From Nitrospinaceae bacterium (GTDB lineage: Bacteria > Nitrospinota > Nitrospinia > Nitrospinales > Nitrospinaceae): a stretch of DNA of 64,000 nt. The stretch is from assembly GCA_965223665.1 (NCBI GenBank), contig OZ245011.1, positions 928,001 to 992,000 of the forward strand, written 5' to 3'. The notes beneath the pieces were generated by a model, which worked only from the letters and a program-made list of their open reading frames with translations, was not told the DNA's origin and searched no databases. Shown one piece after another: positions 50,986-61,062 of this stretch; the first letter of the stretch is position 1; each line of letters opens with the position of its first letter. A program made the position numbers and the translations under genes.

Positions 50986-51394
50986 GTGCTATTTTTTACC
51001 TTATAATTTCAAGCTGTGAGGCTATTCTATTCCTTACAACTTTAAGAAGCAAAAGCAAATTTTACCGATTTAAGTTAAATCTGTTTCAGGACAATAATTA
51101 CAGACTTAAGGCCCATTAAAAACCCAAAAAATATTTATAGTTTCCTGATAATAAAACAACCTGTTTAGTCGCTATTTAATTTTAAGACCAAATAAACCAA
51201 TAAGTTAATTTAAGGAATTTAACCCTAAGCGACCAGAAAACTTGACTTTTCTCGGTTTTAAAAGCCCCTTTATATATAAAGTTTTTAAAATTATGTCAAG
51301 GGAAAAATCGGACTTGAAAACCCTCTTAATCCTTGATAAACAAGCAGTATGCTGCCTCAATCCTCTTTAAGCAATCTACTTTATTAGGTTAATT

Positions 51395-52096
51395 ATGGAT
51401 TTAAATATAAATTGGGAGAAATTTGAAGGTCAGACGGCTTCAGAAATAATGGAATGGTCGTTGATCCAATTTAAAAATAAAATTGGAATTGCTTCAAGCT
51501 TTGGACTTGAGGACATGGTTTTAATTGATATGGCCTCTAAAATCAGTAAAGATTTCATTGTGTTTACTTTAGATACAGGTCGACTCCATGAAGAAACGTA
51601 CCAAATTATGGAGCGCACCCGGTCAAAATATGGAATAAATCTTCAAACTTATTTTCCAAAAAGGGAAGCTGTCGAAAAATTAACCAGAGAAAAGGGATTT
51701 TATTCATTTAAAGAAAGTATCGAAAATAGAAAAGAATGCTGTTTTATTAGAAAAGTGGAACCTTTGGGCCGAGCTTTAACCGGCTTAGAAGCTTGGATCA
51801 CCGGTTTAAGAAGAGAACAAAGCGTAACAAGAATAGATGCCACCAAAGTTGGAGAAGACAAAGATCACCCTCCGTTAATCAAAATTAACCCTCTGGCGGA
51901 TTGGACCGAAACCCAAGTTAAAACCTATCTTGAAAAAAACAATGTGCCCATTAATGCACTCCACGCAAAAAACTATCCTAGTATTGGTTGTGCCCCTTGT
52001 ACCCGTCCCATTTTGGAAGGGGAAGATATTAGGGCTGGGAGATGGTGGTGGGAAAACCCGGAAAATAAAGAATGTGGATTACATCGTCCCCGATAG
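51395..52096 (+). CDS. cysH: Adenosine 5'-phosphosulfate reductase (CysH family, 4Fe-4S type)
   Basis: LDTGRLH, ECCFIRKVEPL, WITGLRREQ, SIGCAPCT, RAGRWWWE, KECGLH. Confidence 0.92.
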   Translation: MDLNINWEKFEGQTASEIMEWSLIQFKNKIGIASSFGLEDMVLIDMASKISKDFIVFTLDTGRLHEETYQIMERTRSKYGINLQTYFPKREAVEKLTREKGFYSFKESIENRKECCFIRKVEPLGRALTGLEAWITGLRREQSVTRIDATKVGEDKDHPPLIKINPLADWTETQVKTYLEKNNVPINALHAKNYPSIGCAPCTRPILEGEDIRAGRWWWENPENKECGLHRPR

Positions 52097-52135
52097 ATCA
52101 ATCAACTACCATAATTGGAATAATAATTTTAAAGG

Positions 52136-52852
52136 TTATTTACCTTTTAAAACTGGAGTTGGTGAAACGATTTCAGAAAACTTTTGATTTTGCCTCAAAA
52201 TATGGATCAACGTTGGAACCAATAACAATGCAATTTGCCAGGCCTTTTTTATTCCTTTCCACCCACTCTCATTTTTTTCTTTCTCTAGTTTATCCAACAT
52301 AAACCTTTCAACCTCCAGACAAATATGCGGAATTAATTGAAATGACCAAACCCCTAAATTTAAAATTGCTTCTGTTTTTGCCCTTCCCCCAGGATTTTTA
52401 ATAAAATTTAATTTTTTAATGGATTGAAAAATTTGTTTGGGCTGAGTGGTCTTAATAAAAAGGGTAGACATAAAAAACATATCCACAATTAAAAGAGAAG
52501 ATCGAAAAGCTTCTTTAAAACCCTCCTCGGAAATTTCAAAGGGGATAAAATCTAATGTCTGGATTGGCAGCCCTGGAGTAAAAAATAAGGAACATATAAA
52601 AATAATTGCCAGGAACCAACGGATTGAATACAAAAGTTGTCCAAAAATTTTAAAACTCAAACTGGCAATCCAGCAACCCCACAAACAAATACCAGCCAAA
52701 CAAATTAATAGGATAATACTTCCATTTGAGACACAAATAAAAAACAAAAAAATAAAAAACCATTTTTGGCTTACGGGTAATTGATGCAATAAAGATTGTC
52801 CCGATTGATAGCCGTGGTCAAAAATGGTTCGAGTTAAAAAAATATTTTTCAT
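52136..52852 (-). CDS. Energy-coupling factor transmembrane component T (EcfT/CbiQ-like), divergent
   Basis: YQSGQSLLHQLPVSQK resembles the EcfT N-terminus; LFFTPG, EEG, TTQP motifs; multi-TM. Confidence 0.65.
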   Translation of the reverse strand: MKNIFLTRTIFDHGYQSGQSLLHQLPVSQKWFFIFLFFICVSNGSIILLICLAGICLWGCWIASLSFKIFGQLLYSIRWFLAIIFICSLFFTPGLPIQTLDFIPFEISEEGFKEAFRSSLLIVDMFFMSTLFIKTTQPKQIFQSIKKLNFIKNPGGRAKTEAILNLGVWSFQLIPHICLEVERFMLDKLEKEKNESGWKGIKKAWQIALLLVPTLIHILRQNQKFSEIVSPTPVLKGK

Positions 52853-52891
52853 TACAAAGAAAAGAATTTAATTCAATAAAATCCCAAAAGC

Positions 52892-53563
52892 ATGTATTTT
52901 GTTTTCATGCAAACTAATTCTGATCCTCTTATATTAGAAAAAGTAAAGAATTTTTCAAAATCCTTTTTTAAGGACGACCCCACAGGCCATGATTGGTGGC
53001 ATGTCCATAGGGTATGGAAAACCGCTTGCATAATTTGCGATGCTGAAGGCGCAAACCGAATTACCGTAGAAATTGCAGCCCTTCTCCACGATGTCTCTGA
53101 CTGGAAACTTTCTAATGAAAGTGAGGAAAAAGGTTTAATCAAAATCCATCAACTCTTGAAGGAAGATCTCCCCAAAAAGCACATTGAAAATATATGCGAT
53201 ATCATCTCAAAAGTTTCTTTTAGGGGAGCCAAAGTTCCCACACCCATGGAATCGTTGGAGGGAAAAATAGTTCAGGATTCAGATCGATTGGATGCCATGG
53301 GAGCAGTAGGAATAGCTAGAGCTTTTGCATATGGCGGAAACAAAGGCAGATCCATTTGGGATCCTAATCTACCGCCAGTTTTGCATGAAAACTTTGAAGA
53401 TTATAAAAAAAACAAAGGTCCCAGCATCAACCATTTTTATGAAAAACTGTTGTTGCTGAAAGACCGAATGAATACTGAGACTGGAAAAAAATTGGCAGAA
53501 AAACGGCATCAATTTATGAAAAGTTATTTAGACCAATTTTTTTCAGAATGTGAAGGATCTTAG
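52892..53563 (+). CDS. HD-domain phosphohydrolase (YedJ/YpgQ-like)
   Basis: GHDWWHVHRV, AALLHD, VQDSDRLDAMGAVGIARAF, HFYEKLL. Confidence 0.9.
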   Translation: MYFVFMQTNSDPLILEKVKNFSKSFFKDDPTGHDWWHVHRVWKTACIICDAEGANRITVEIAALLHDVSDWKLSNESEEKGLIKIHQLLKEDLPKKHIENICDIISKVSFRGAKVPTPMESLEGKIVQDSDRLDAMGAVGIARAFAYGGNKGRSIWDPNLPPVLHENFEDYKKNKGPSINHFYEKLLLLKDRMNTETGKKLAEKRHQFMKSYLDQFFSECEGS

Positions 53564-54377
53564 AATGTTAGAAGCAAGCGCAAAATTAATTAAAAATGCA
53601 AAACGGGTTCTAATTCTTACCAGTGCTGGTATGAGTGCAGATTCCAATATTCCCACATTTCGTGATAAAGATGGTTATTGGCGAAACTTTCCCCCTTTTA
53701 AGAAAAAAAATTTAGAAGCCCAAGATTTGGCAAGTCCTTGGGCTTTTCGAAATGAATTAGCTCATGCATGGGCTTTTTATGAATGGAGAAGGCGTAATGC
53801 CAATGAAAACAAACCTCATGAAGGTTATCACATTTTGAATCGCTGGATGGATGAACTATTTGAAGATTCCTTTATCCACACAACGAATACAGATGGGTAT
53901 CATATCCGATCTGGCTGTCCCGAAGCTAAAGTAATGGAAGTCCATGGCTCCATGTGGAGACTCCAGTGTTTAGATACATGTTCAGAAGAATTTTGGAAGG
54001 ATGATTCTGTACCCTTGTGCAATTTAAACATCGAAACCATGGAAGCCTCGGATTTTCCCCCTTGCAAAAATTGTCAAGAAATTGCTCGACCTCACATTCT
54101 AATGTTTGGAGATTTTGAATATACCGGTCACCCGGAACAAGATAAAAACTTTGCCAACTTTGTGAAAAGTCCTGTCGATTTGATTTTATTAATTGGAAGT
54201 TCCGGAGCAGTACCTACTAATGATTACATCGCCCTTCAATTCAAACAAAGTGGGATCCCGGTCATTAATATAAACTTAGACCCTAGAGCTAATGGGATTG
54301 TTAACACAGAATATCTAATCACAATGAAAGGGTTAGAAGCATTTCAAAAACTAGATGCAGAAATCAAAAGTATCTAG
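53550..54377 (+). CDS. Sir2/CobB-family NAD-dependent deacylase (atypical motifs)
   Basis: TSAGMSADSNIPTFRD, TTNTDGYH, EVHGS, CLDTC/CKNC zinc motifs, ARPHILMFGD, IGSSG. Confidence 0.85.
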   Translation: MKDLRMLEASAKLIKNAKRVLILTSAGMSADSNIPTFRDKDGYWRNFPPFKKKNLEAQDLASPWAFRNELAHAWAFYEWRRRNANENKPHEGYHILNRWMDELFEDSFIHTTNTDGYHIRSGCPEAKVMEVHGSMWRLQCLDTCSEEFWKDDSVPLCNLNIETMEASDFPPCKNCQEIARPHILMFGDFEYTGHPEQDKNFANFVKSPVDLILLIGSSGAVPTNDYIALQFKQSGIPVININLDPRANGIVNTEYLITMKGLEAFQKLDAEIKSI

Positions 54378-55357
54378 CGCACCAAAACTATTTTTCCAAA
54401 ATATCCATGCTTTTCCATTTCCTGGTGAGCATTTTGTACGTCCTCAAATGCAAATGTTTTTGCCACAGGAATGTGAGTTTCATCCACTATAGGCATTAAG
54501 TCCTTCCAGACTCTTTGCAAATCACTGGGCTTCTGCAAACTATGAAGCACAACATATCCTTTAATTGAATTTTGATTAAATAAAAAAGAAGATGGAACGG
54601 TAAATTTATCATCCGAAAGAAAACCATAACAAAGATAGGTACCTTGGGAATTCAGGAGTGAAATCAGTTCGGTAGCGGTTTTTCCACTTATGGGGTCAAA
54701 AATATAATCTATTCCTTTACCTCTAGTCTTTTTATTTATTTCATCTTTTAACTTATTCGAGTCTTCTGCAACAACCGCATCAACTCCTAAACCTGAAATA
54801 TAAGGTCTCATATTTTCTGATCGGGTGGTAGAAATAACCCGGAGACCTTTAATTTTCCCTAATTGACTAGCCGCAATTCCAACTGCACCTGTGGAGGCCG
54901 TAACAACCAAAATGCCGGACTCAGGTAACGGGGCACAATTAATCAAAGCATCATATGCCGTCAACCAAGCCACAGGTAATGCGGCTGCATCGGAAAATCG
55001 TAATTGACTGGGAATAGGTAATACTTTATTTTCACTGACAACTATTTTTTCGGAATAAGTCCCCTGAGAAGGAACACTATAAGCATCAAAATCCAAAACA
55101 GATACTCGTTCTCCCGGACAAATATTTTTAACTTCAGGCCCAACTTCCTCTACAATTCCAGCACCTTCAGCGCCTAACACAAATCCTTCACCAAACTCTA
55201 ACGGCCAATCCCCTTTCCGGATCATTATTTCAGACCAATTCAATCCAATAGATTTAAGATCAATAAGAACTTCATCAAACTTTGGTGAGGGGTCAGGACA
55301 TTCAATGAATTCCAATACCTCAGGATTTCCAGTACTTTTAATAACAATTTTTTGCAT
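54374..55357 (-). CDS. NADPH:quinone oxidoreductase / MDR-family dehydrogenase
   Basis: GNPEVL, LGAEGAG, AAALPVAWLTAY, ASTGAVG, FGKIVL. Confidence 0.85.
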   Translation of the reverse strand: MQKIVIKSTGNPEVLEFIECPDPSPKFDEVLIDLKSIGLNWSEIMIRKGDWPLEFGEGFVLGAEGAGIVEEVGPEVKNICPGERVSVLDFDAYSVPSQGTYSEKIVVSENKVLPIPSQLRFSDAAALPVAWLTAYDALINCAPLPESGILVVTASTGAVGIAASQLGKIKGLRVISTTRSENMRPYISGLGVDAVVAEDSNKLKDEINKKTRGKGIDYIFDPISGKTATELISLLNSQGTYLCYGFLSDDKFTVPSSFLFNQNSIKGYVVLHSLQKPSDLQRVWKDLMPIVDETHIPVAKTFAFEDVQNAHQEMEKHGYFGKIVLVR

Positions 55358-55509
55358 AATCGTCCTCCTTAAACTTTAACAGGAGCAATTAACTAAAAAA
55401 ACTTTACTCTTTCCAGAGCAAGTTAAAATATAGTATTCTTGGGCCTAAAACAATTTGTAATTCACTCAAGTCAATCATTAATGCGCTTTCCCCAAGAAGG
55501 AGAAAAAAA

Positions 55510-56148
55510 ATGCGCTTTTTATTTTTATCCATATTTTTCTTTTTCGGTTGGACCACCCAGGTACTTGCAGTTTGTTCAAAAGACGATGTTTGTAAAATGT
55601 TAAATAAGAAAATGGGGCACTTTGACATTTTAAATCAGTGCCCAAACGCTGGTCCACTTTTGAAAGAGTGCAGAAAAGTATCTAAAAATAAACTTAAAAG
55701 TTTATTACCACCTCAATTTGTCGCAAACGATAATGGGACCATAACGGATACTTCCAATAAATTAATGTGGATTAAAACGGGAATATTAAAGAAACACTCT
55801 CTTAAAACCGCAAAACAATTTGCCGAAGGTTACAGTTTGGATGAAATTGTAGGTTGGAGAGTACCCACTCTCCCTGAATTAAAAACTCTCCTTTATTCAA
55901 AGCGTGTAAAAAACTCAAGCGGCCAAAAGTCCTGGATTCATCCTTTATTTGATGACGGACGTGGTCATTATTATTGGTCATCCACTACTTGTGAAGAGGT
56001 TTCAGAAATAGAGGACCGTTACCAAAAAAAAATATGCCAGCAAGGTCCAGGTGGTGCTTGGTTAATTCACTTTAATTTGGGGGCAATTTTTTGGCATTAC
56101 GTAGACAATGAGCATTATTTTGTCTGGCTAGTCCGGAATTTAGAATAA
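55510..56148 (+). CDS. Exported DUF1566 (Lcl C-terminal domain) protein
   Basis: Signal peptide; NDNGTITDTSNKLMW, GWRVPTLPELKTL, YYWSST, VWLVR. Confidence 0.82.
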   Translation: MRFLFLSIFFFFGWTTQVLAVCSKDDVCKMLNKKMGHFDILNQCPNAGPLLKECRKVSKNKLKSLLPPQFVANDNGTITDTSNKLMWIKTGILKKHSLKTAKQFAEGYSLDEIVGWRVPTLPELKTLLYSKRVKNSSGQKSWIHPLFDDGRGHYYWSSTTCEEVSEIEDRYQKKICQQGPGGAWLIHFNLGAIFWHYVDNEHYFVWLVRNLE

Positions 56149-56328
56149 CCCACTGTTTTCAATTTAATTTTCCTGTTTTAATAATTCCCTCATTCCAAAA
56201 CGGATTTTTAATTATTAATCAATTTGAATCCCTTCCCCTTCCCTACCATCTAAAATTTTATATTGTTCTTTCTTAAGTTTATTCATGTGAACATCTCTTT
56301 AACAACCCAATGGGTGTAGGAGGAAACC

Positions 56329-56733
56329 ATGGCAGAATTGATGGAAGAAATTGGAGAACATATGAGTTCTCCTGTAATGAGGGTTGATTCCGAATCTACC
56401 GTTCAAGAAGCAGCAATTTTAATGGAAACCAACCATGTAGGTTCTTTAATAGTTGAAAAATTCGGGGATGATGTAGGAATCGTTACAGAAAAAGATCTAA
56501 TGAAAAAGGTAGTTGCAAAAGGGGAAAACCTGGAAGAAGTTATCGTCGAAGATATCATGACGAAGCCTATTCTTTCCATGGATCGTTATTTACCTATTGA
56601 AGAAGCTAATATTTTCATGCAGAAAAATAAAATTAGACATTTAGCAATCACCGAAGAAGATAAAATAGTCGGGATCCTTTCAATAAGTGATTTAGTTGCT
56701 TTTTATACCCAAGACTTTCGAATGCAGGAATAA
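56329..56733 (+). CDS. CBS-pair domain protein
   Basis: MSSPV..VGSLIV..GIVTEKDL; IMTKP..IRHLAI..VGILSISDL; AGGAGG RBS. Confidence 0.9.
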   Translation: MAELMEEIGEHMSSPVMRVDSESTVQEAAILMETNHVGSLIVEKFGDDVGIVTEKDLMKKVVAKGENLEEVIVEDIMTKPILSMDRYLPIEEANIFMQKNKIRHLAITEEDKIVGILSISDLVAFYTQDFRMQE

Positions 56734-56741
56734 ATTAGAAT

Positions 56742-58229
56742 TTGAAAACCTTAAAAACTCTTAGTTTTAAAAATCATTTTTTTCAAATAGGAGGTGAATT
56801 CTATCAACTTAAAAATCCAGTTCCCGTCGCAGATCCTTCTTTAATTTGTTTTAGCTCGGAAGTTGCTCGAAAGATGGGTATTAACCCCGATGAATTTCTG
56901 GGCAGGGATATACTTAATTATTTATCAGGGAACAAGCTCATTCCCAATACTAAACCATTAGCAATGGTTTATTCTGGTCATCAATTCGGAGTTTATAATC
57001 CCCAACTTGGGGATGGCAGAGGATTGCTCCTGGGAGATTTCTTTAATGAGGAAGGCGACAAATGGGATCTTTATTTAAAAGGATCGGGGCAAACTCGTTT
57101 TTGCAGGGGATTTGATGGCCGGGCAACATTAAAATCTTCAATTCGTGAATTTTTAGCTGGTGAAGCTTTAGCAGGGTTAGGCGTTCCAACGACAAGGGCT
57201 TTGGCAGTTATAGCCATTGGTGAGCTTGTATATCGGGAACTTCCTGAGCCTGCGGCAATCCTGTCTCGTGTGGCCAAAACTCACGTACGCTTTGGAAACT
57301 TTGAATATTTTCACTACAACAATCAACCAGAAAAAATCACACTGCTTTTTGATCATATAATAGAATGCTATTTTCCTCACCTTTCAAATCATCCCGTAAA
57401 ATACCAGGAATTATTCAAGAATATCATTGAGAAAACTGCATATTTAATTGCTTGTTGGCAATCAGTAGGGTTTACGCACGGAGTGATGAATACAGATAAT
57501 ATGTCTATCCTGGGGGAAACCTTCGATTTTGGACCTTATGCATTTATAGACAAATTCAACCCAACTTTTACACCTAACCATTCAGATACACACGGCCGCT
57601 ATGCCTATGGGCACCAACCAGAAATCGGTTATTGGAATTTAGGAAAACTAGGGGAAACTTTGGGTCACCTTATTCCACCGGAAAATCGCAAAAAGGAATT
57701 AGAAGAATATAAAAAATTATTCAACTCCTACCATTTAAAACTAATGGGCAAAAAACTTGGTTTAAGGATTATCGATGTCGAGTTAGATACATTAATTACG
57801 GAATTATTTAAACTACTTTTTAATCACAAACCTGATTTCACTAATTTTTTTAGAAAATTAGGTACACATCGGACTGGAGGGTTGGAGGAATTGAAAATAT
57901 TTTTTCATAATAATCCCAAAGAATTTGATGACTGGTTAAAAGAATATGAAAAATTGCTTCGTCGAGAAAATATTTCGCCTGAAGAACAAAAAGCCCGCAT
58001 GAATTCAGCAAATCCAAAGTTTATTTTAAGAAATTATCTTATTCAAGGAGCGCTTGATAAAGCATTAAAAGAGTCTGACTTTTCGGAAATTGAACGTTTA
58101 CAAATTTTAATGCGATACCCCTTCCATGAACGACATGAGATATTTAATAAACACAATATAAATCCAGACTTATATAGCTTAGATACCCCTGATTCATTTC
58201 TAGGGATGCAAACGAGTTGCTCAGCTTAG
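56742..58229 (+). CDS. selO: Protein adenylyltransferase SelO/YdiU
   Basis: YSGHQFG..LGDGRG, LKGSG, DGRA, HGVMNTDN, FDFGP, NPKFILRNY, C-terminal SCSA. Confidence 0.92.
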   Translation: MKTLKTLSFKNHFFQIGGEFYQLKNPVPVADPSLICFSSEVARKMGINPDEFLGRDILNYLSGNKLIPNTKPLAMVYSGHQFGVYNPQLGDGRGLLLGDFFNEEGDKWDLYLKGSGQTRFCRGFDGRATLKSSIREFLAGEALAGLGVPTTRALAVIAIGELVYRELPEPAAILSRVAKTHVRFGNFEYFHYNNQPEKITLLFDHIIECYFPHLSNHPVKYQELFKNIIEKTAYLIACWQSVGFTHGVMNTDNMSILGETFDFGPYAFIDKFNPTFTPNHSDTHGRYAYGHQPEIGYWNLGKLGETLGHLIPPENRKKELEEYKKLFNSYHLKLMGKKLGLRIIDVELDTLITELFKLLFNHKPDFTNFFRKLGTHRTGGLEELKIFFHNNPKEFDDWLKEYEKLLRRENISPEEQKARMNSANPKFILRNYLIQGALDKALKESDFSEIERLQILMRYPFHERHEIFNKHNINPDLYSLDTPDSFLGMQTSCSA

Positions 58230-58345
58230 TATTTCTCAATATTTGAATTTAATTTCTGAGGGCATTTCTCATCACTAATTTTTTGAAATTTCAAAATTTT
58301 TATTCCACAATAGAGTGAATAATTTAAAAGAAAGGAAATTTTATT

Positions 58346-58579
58346 ATGTTATTCCTGGAAGCTGAGGTAACTCGAACCTCAGTCCCCCCCAACAAAGCAG
58401 ATACAGAACGTGAAATAGCCATTTGGATTTTTGATTCTGAAAATGAGATTGAATTAACTATGAATTTAGAAGATTTTCAAAAACATAATATCCAGGCGGG
58501 AGATAAATTTTCGATTAAAATTGAGAAGAGGCCAGATTTTGATTCTATGGCTCGTGAATTATTTAAAGAAGGAAAATAA
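58346..58579 (+). CDS. Hypothetical small protein
   Basis: AAGGA RBS, clean ORF in intergenic space, protein-like composition. Confidence 0.6.
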   Translation: MLFLEAEVTRTSVPPNKADTEREIAIWIFDSENEIELTMNLEDFQKHNIQAGDKFSIKIEKRPDFDSMARELFKEGK

Positions 58580-58646
58580 TTAATTAAAGCTTTACCTCAC
58601 AAAATATAAAAATTATAAACGTTTCCATTTTCTAATAAATTTCTCC

Positions 58647-59675
58647 GTGCCTTTCCTACAAAAATCCCTTAAACAAATTGGTGAGTTTGGTCTTATATCT
58701 AAGTTTCAAACCAATTTAAAATATCATTCGCCTCAAGTTATTCAGGGGATAGGAGATGATTGTGCGATTTATGAAACCAGTCCTCGAAAAGTGCAGGTAA
58801 TTACTACTGATGCTTTAGTAGAAAACATACACTTTTCTTTAAAAACCACTACGGCTGGAAACCTGGGAAAAAAGTCCTTAGCCGTTAATGTAAGTGATAT
58901 TGCCGCAATGGGGGCAATCCCCAAAGTTGCGGTTATTTCATTAGCCATCCCAAAAAATATTTCTCCCAGATTTCTAAAAGAATTTTATTCAGGTATAAAT
59001 ACTCTGTGTAAAAAGTACAAAATTGAATTAGTCGGTGGAGACACTGTCGGATCGAAAAATTCATTTTTTATCAACCTAACCCTTATTGGCGAGGCCTCCA
59101 AACAACGACTTTTTACCCGTAAGGGCGCACAACCTGGGGACGGAATTTTTGTTACTGGAAGTTTAGGAGATTCTACCCTTGGATTAAAAATTATCCAATC
59201 ACCGAAAAAAAAATGGAGAGGTCCTGTGGATCTCAGAAATAGGTTGGTAAAAAAACATTTGGTACCAATCCCAAGACTTAATGAATCGATAAACCTCGCC
59301 AATTCAAAATTAAAAGTTTCTTCTATGATAGATATTAGCGATGGTCTTTCACAGGATTTAGGTCATATTTTGAAGACAAACAAGGTGGGTGCAATAATTC
59401 ATACCCACCGAATCCCAAAAAGTAGAAATTTTAAAAATTTTTGCAATTTCAATAATTTAGATAGTACTTCCTTAGCTATTACAGGAGGTGAAGACTATGA
59501 ATTATTATTTACATTAAAGCAGGAAGATGTTAAAAAAGTAAATGAGTCTTTTGTTCCAGTTGGTTCACCTGTGACTCTTATTGGGGAGATCACGAAAGAT
59601 AAAAAGCTACGTTTGATTGACCATAAAGGACAATTATTCACTCCCCAAAAACCAAATGGATTTTCACATTTTTAA
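58647..59675 (+). CDS. thiL: Thiamine-monophosphate kinase
   Basis: GEFGLI, GIGDDCA, TTDALVE, NVSDIAAMGA, LVGGDT, IDISDGL, GGEDYELLFT. Confidence 0.95.
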   Translation: MPFLQKSLKQIGEFGLISKFQTNLKYHSPQVIQGIGDDCAIYETSPRKVQVITTDALVENIHFSLKTTTAGNLGKKSLAVNVSDIAAMGAIPKVAVISLAIPKNISPRFLKEFYSGINTLCKKYKIELVGGDTVGSKNSFFINLTLIGEASKQRLFTRKGAQPGDGIFVTGSLGDSTLGLKIIQSPKKKWRGPVDLRNRLVKKHLVPIPRLNESINLANSKLKVSSMIDISDGLSQDLGHILKTNKVGAIIHTHRIPKSRNFKNFCNFNNLDSTSLAITGGEDYELLFTLKQEDVKKVNESFVPVGSPVTLIGEITKDKKLRLIDHKGQLFTPQKPNGFSHF

Positions 59676-59760
59676 GTTTTTTTGTTTTGGGAAATTCACA
59701 ACAAAAGTGTTGATATATTTTTTGGTACAGGTTCCAACATTTCTGAGGTTCCATTAGCCG

Positions 59761-61062
59761 TTGGACGACTCGATAATACCACGGTCCATTATATTTTTTA
59801 TTCTTTTGGGTTTTTCAGCTTTTTTTGCTGCATGCGAAGCTGCATTTTTTTCATTGAATTCAGCTCAACTCGCATCTTTAAAAGAAAAAAAGGGGCAGAC
59901 CGGACAGTTGATTTGTCAACTGCTTGAAAAACCAAGGCAATTACTCATAACAATTTATATTGGAAATGAGTTAGTTAACATTGCCATTTCCGCAATTGCT
60001 ACCTCAATAGCATTAATTCTATTTGGAAATGTGGGTTTAGCCATTGCCATTGGTATCGGCACATTTCTCATTTTATTGTTTGGAGAAATCCTTCCTAAAT
60101 CCTTTTCCATAAATCATGCAGAAGGCTTTGCTCTATTTGCTGCCAGACCTTTACGATATTTTTCTAATATAGTTCAGCCCATTCAACAACTCTTCAGCAA
60201 TTTGACCGAAAAAATTCTTTCCAAATTTGGAATTAGTCTCCTAAAAAAAGAAAATATTATTAGCGGCGACGAATTTAAAACTATGGTTGTTAAAGGAGCT
60301 GATGAAGGTGCTATTGACGAAGAGGAACGTGAACTAATACACAATGTAATGGAATTTGGGGAGAAAACAGTTGGCGATGTCATGACTCCCAAAATCGACA
60401 TGTTCACTTTAAACGTCAATGACAAAATGGAGGATATCTTACCAAAAGTTCTTGAAAACTTTTACGCAAGAGTTCCTGTATATGATAATGATGGGGAAAC
60501 CATTGCAGGAGTTTTATTAACAAAAAATTTGAATCGATATCGCCACATTCCAAGCGAAAAATTTAATCTAAAAAGTGTTCTTCAACCCCCTATTTCTGTT
60601 CCAGCATCCAAGAAAATTAAGGAAATTTTAAATGATTTTAAAAAATTAAAACGTCACATGGCTATCGTCTTGGATGAATATGGAAGTATTGCCGGACTGG
60701 TCACTCTTGAGGATGTTCTTGAAGAAGTTGTTGGAGAAATTGACAGTGAAACCCGAATCGAGGAAAGCCCATTAATTAAATTAAGTGAAAAACGTTATAG
60801 ACTGAAAGGAAATTATAGTATTTCTGAATTTAATGAAAACTTTCAACACAATCTCCCCAATGGTGACATTACGACTATTGGAGGATTTGTATTTGGTTTA
60901 TTCGGGCGAATTCCGCGATCAGGGGAAACCATAAGTTTTGAAAATTTCAAATTTCGTGTTGAAAAAATGAAAGGAGCAAGAATAGTAAGTCTTCACCTCA
61001 CCCTATCTTCTGAAAAACCAGCAGAACCTTTAGATTTTCCTAAGGAGGCTTCACAAAACTAA
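59761..61062 (+). CDS. CNNM/CorC-HlyC family protein (DUF21-CBS-CorC)
   Basis: SAFFAACEAAFFS, FGEILPK, VMTP, HMAIVLDEYG..LEDVLEEVVGEI. Confidence 0.9.
   Translation: MDDSIIPRSIIFFILLGFSAFFAACEAAFFSLNSAQLASLKEKKGQTGQLICQLLEKPRQLLITIYIGNELVNIAISAIATSIALILFGNVGLAIAIGIGTFLILLFGEILPKSFSINHAEGFALFAARPLRYFSNIVQPIQQLFSNLTEKILSKFGISLLKKENIISGDEFKTMVVKGADEGAIDEEERELIHNVMEFGEKTVGDVMTPKIDMFTLNVNDKMEDILPKVLENFYARVPVYDNDGETIAGVLLTKNLNRYRHIPSEKFNLKSVLQPPISVPASKKIKEILNDFKKLKRHMAIVLDEYGSIAGLVTLEDVLEEVVGEIDSETRIEESPLIKLSEKRYRLKGNYSISEFNENFQHNLPNGDITTIGGFVFGLFGRIPRSGETISFENFKFRVEKMKGARIVSLHLTLSSEKPAEPLDFPKEASQN

Noticed and set aside
51020-51035. GGAATAGAAT on the minus strand upstream of degP (also GGAATAAAA hits near 52250 and 58300)
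   Set aside because: No matching -10 element at 17-18 nt; the latter two are intragenic or wrongly oriented.
51241-51300. CTTGAC...GTCAAG inverted hexamers in the degP-cysH intergenic region
   Set aside because: 48-bp spacing; more simply two opposed sigma70 -35 elements or chance; no regulator assignable.
56225-56253. TGAAT-N18-ATCTAA upstream of the CBS gene
   Set aside because: Imperfect -35 and longer spacer; too weak to add to the proposed ECF regulon.
58200-58229. Possible selenocysteine at the SelO C-terminus
   Set aside because: Ends TGC TCA GCT TAG (Cys-Ser-Ala-stop); no in-frame TGA.
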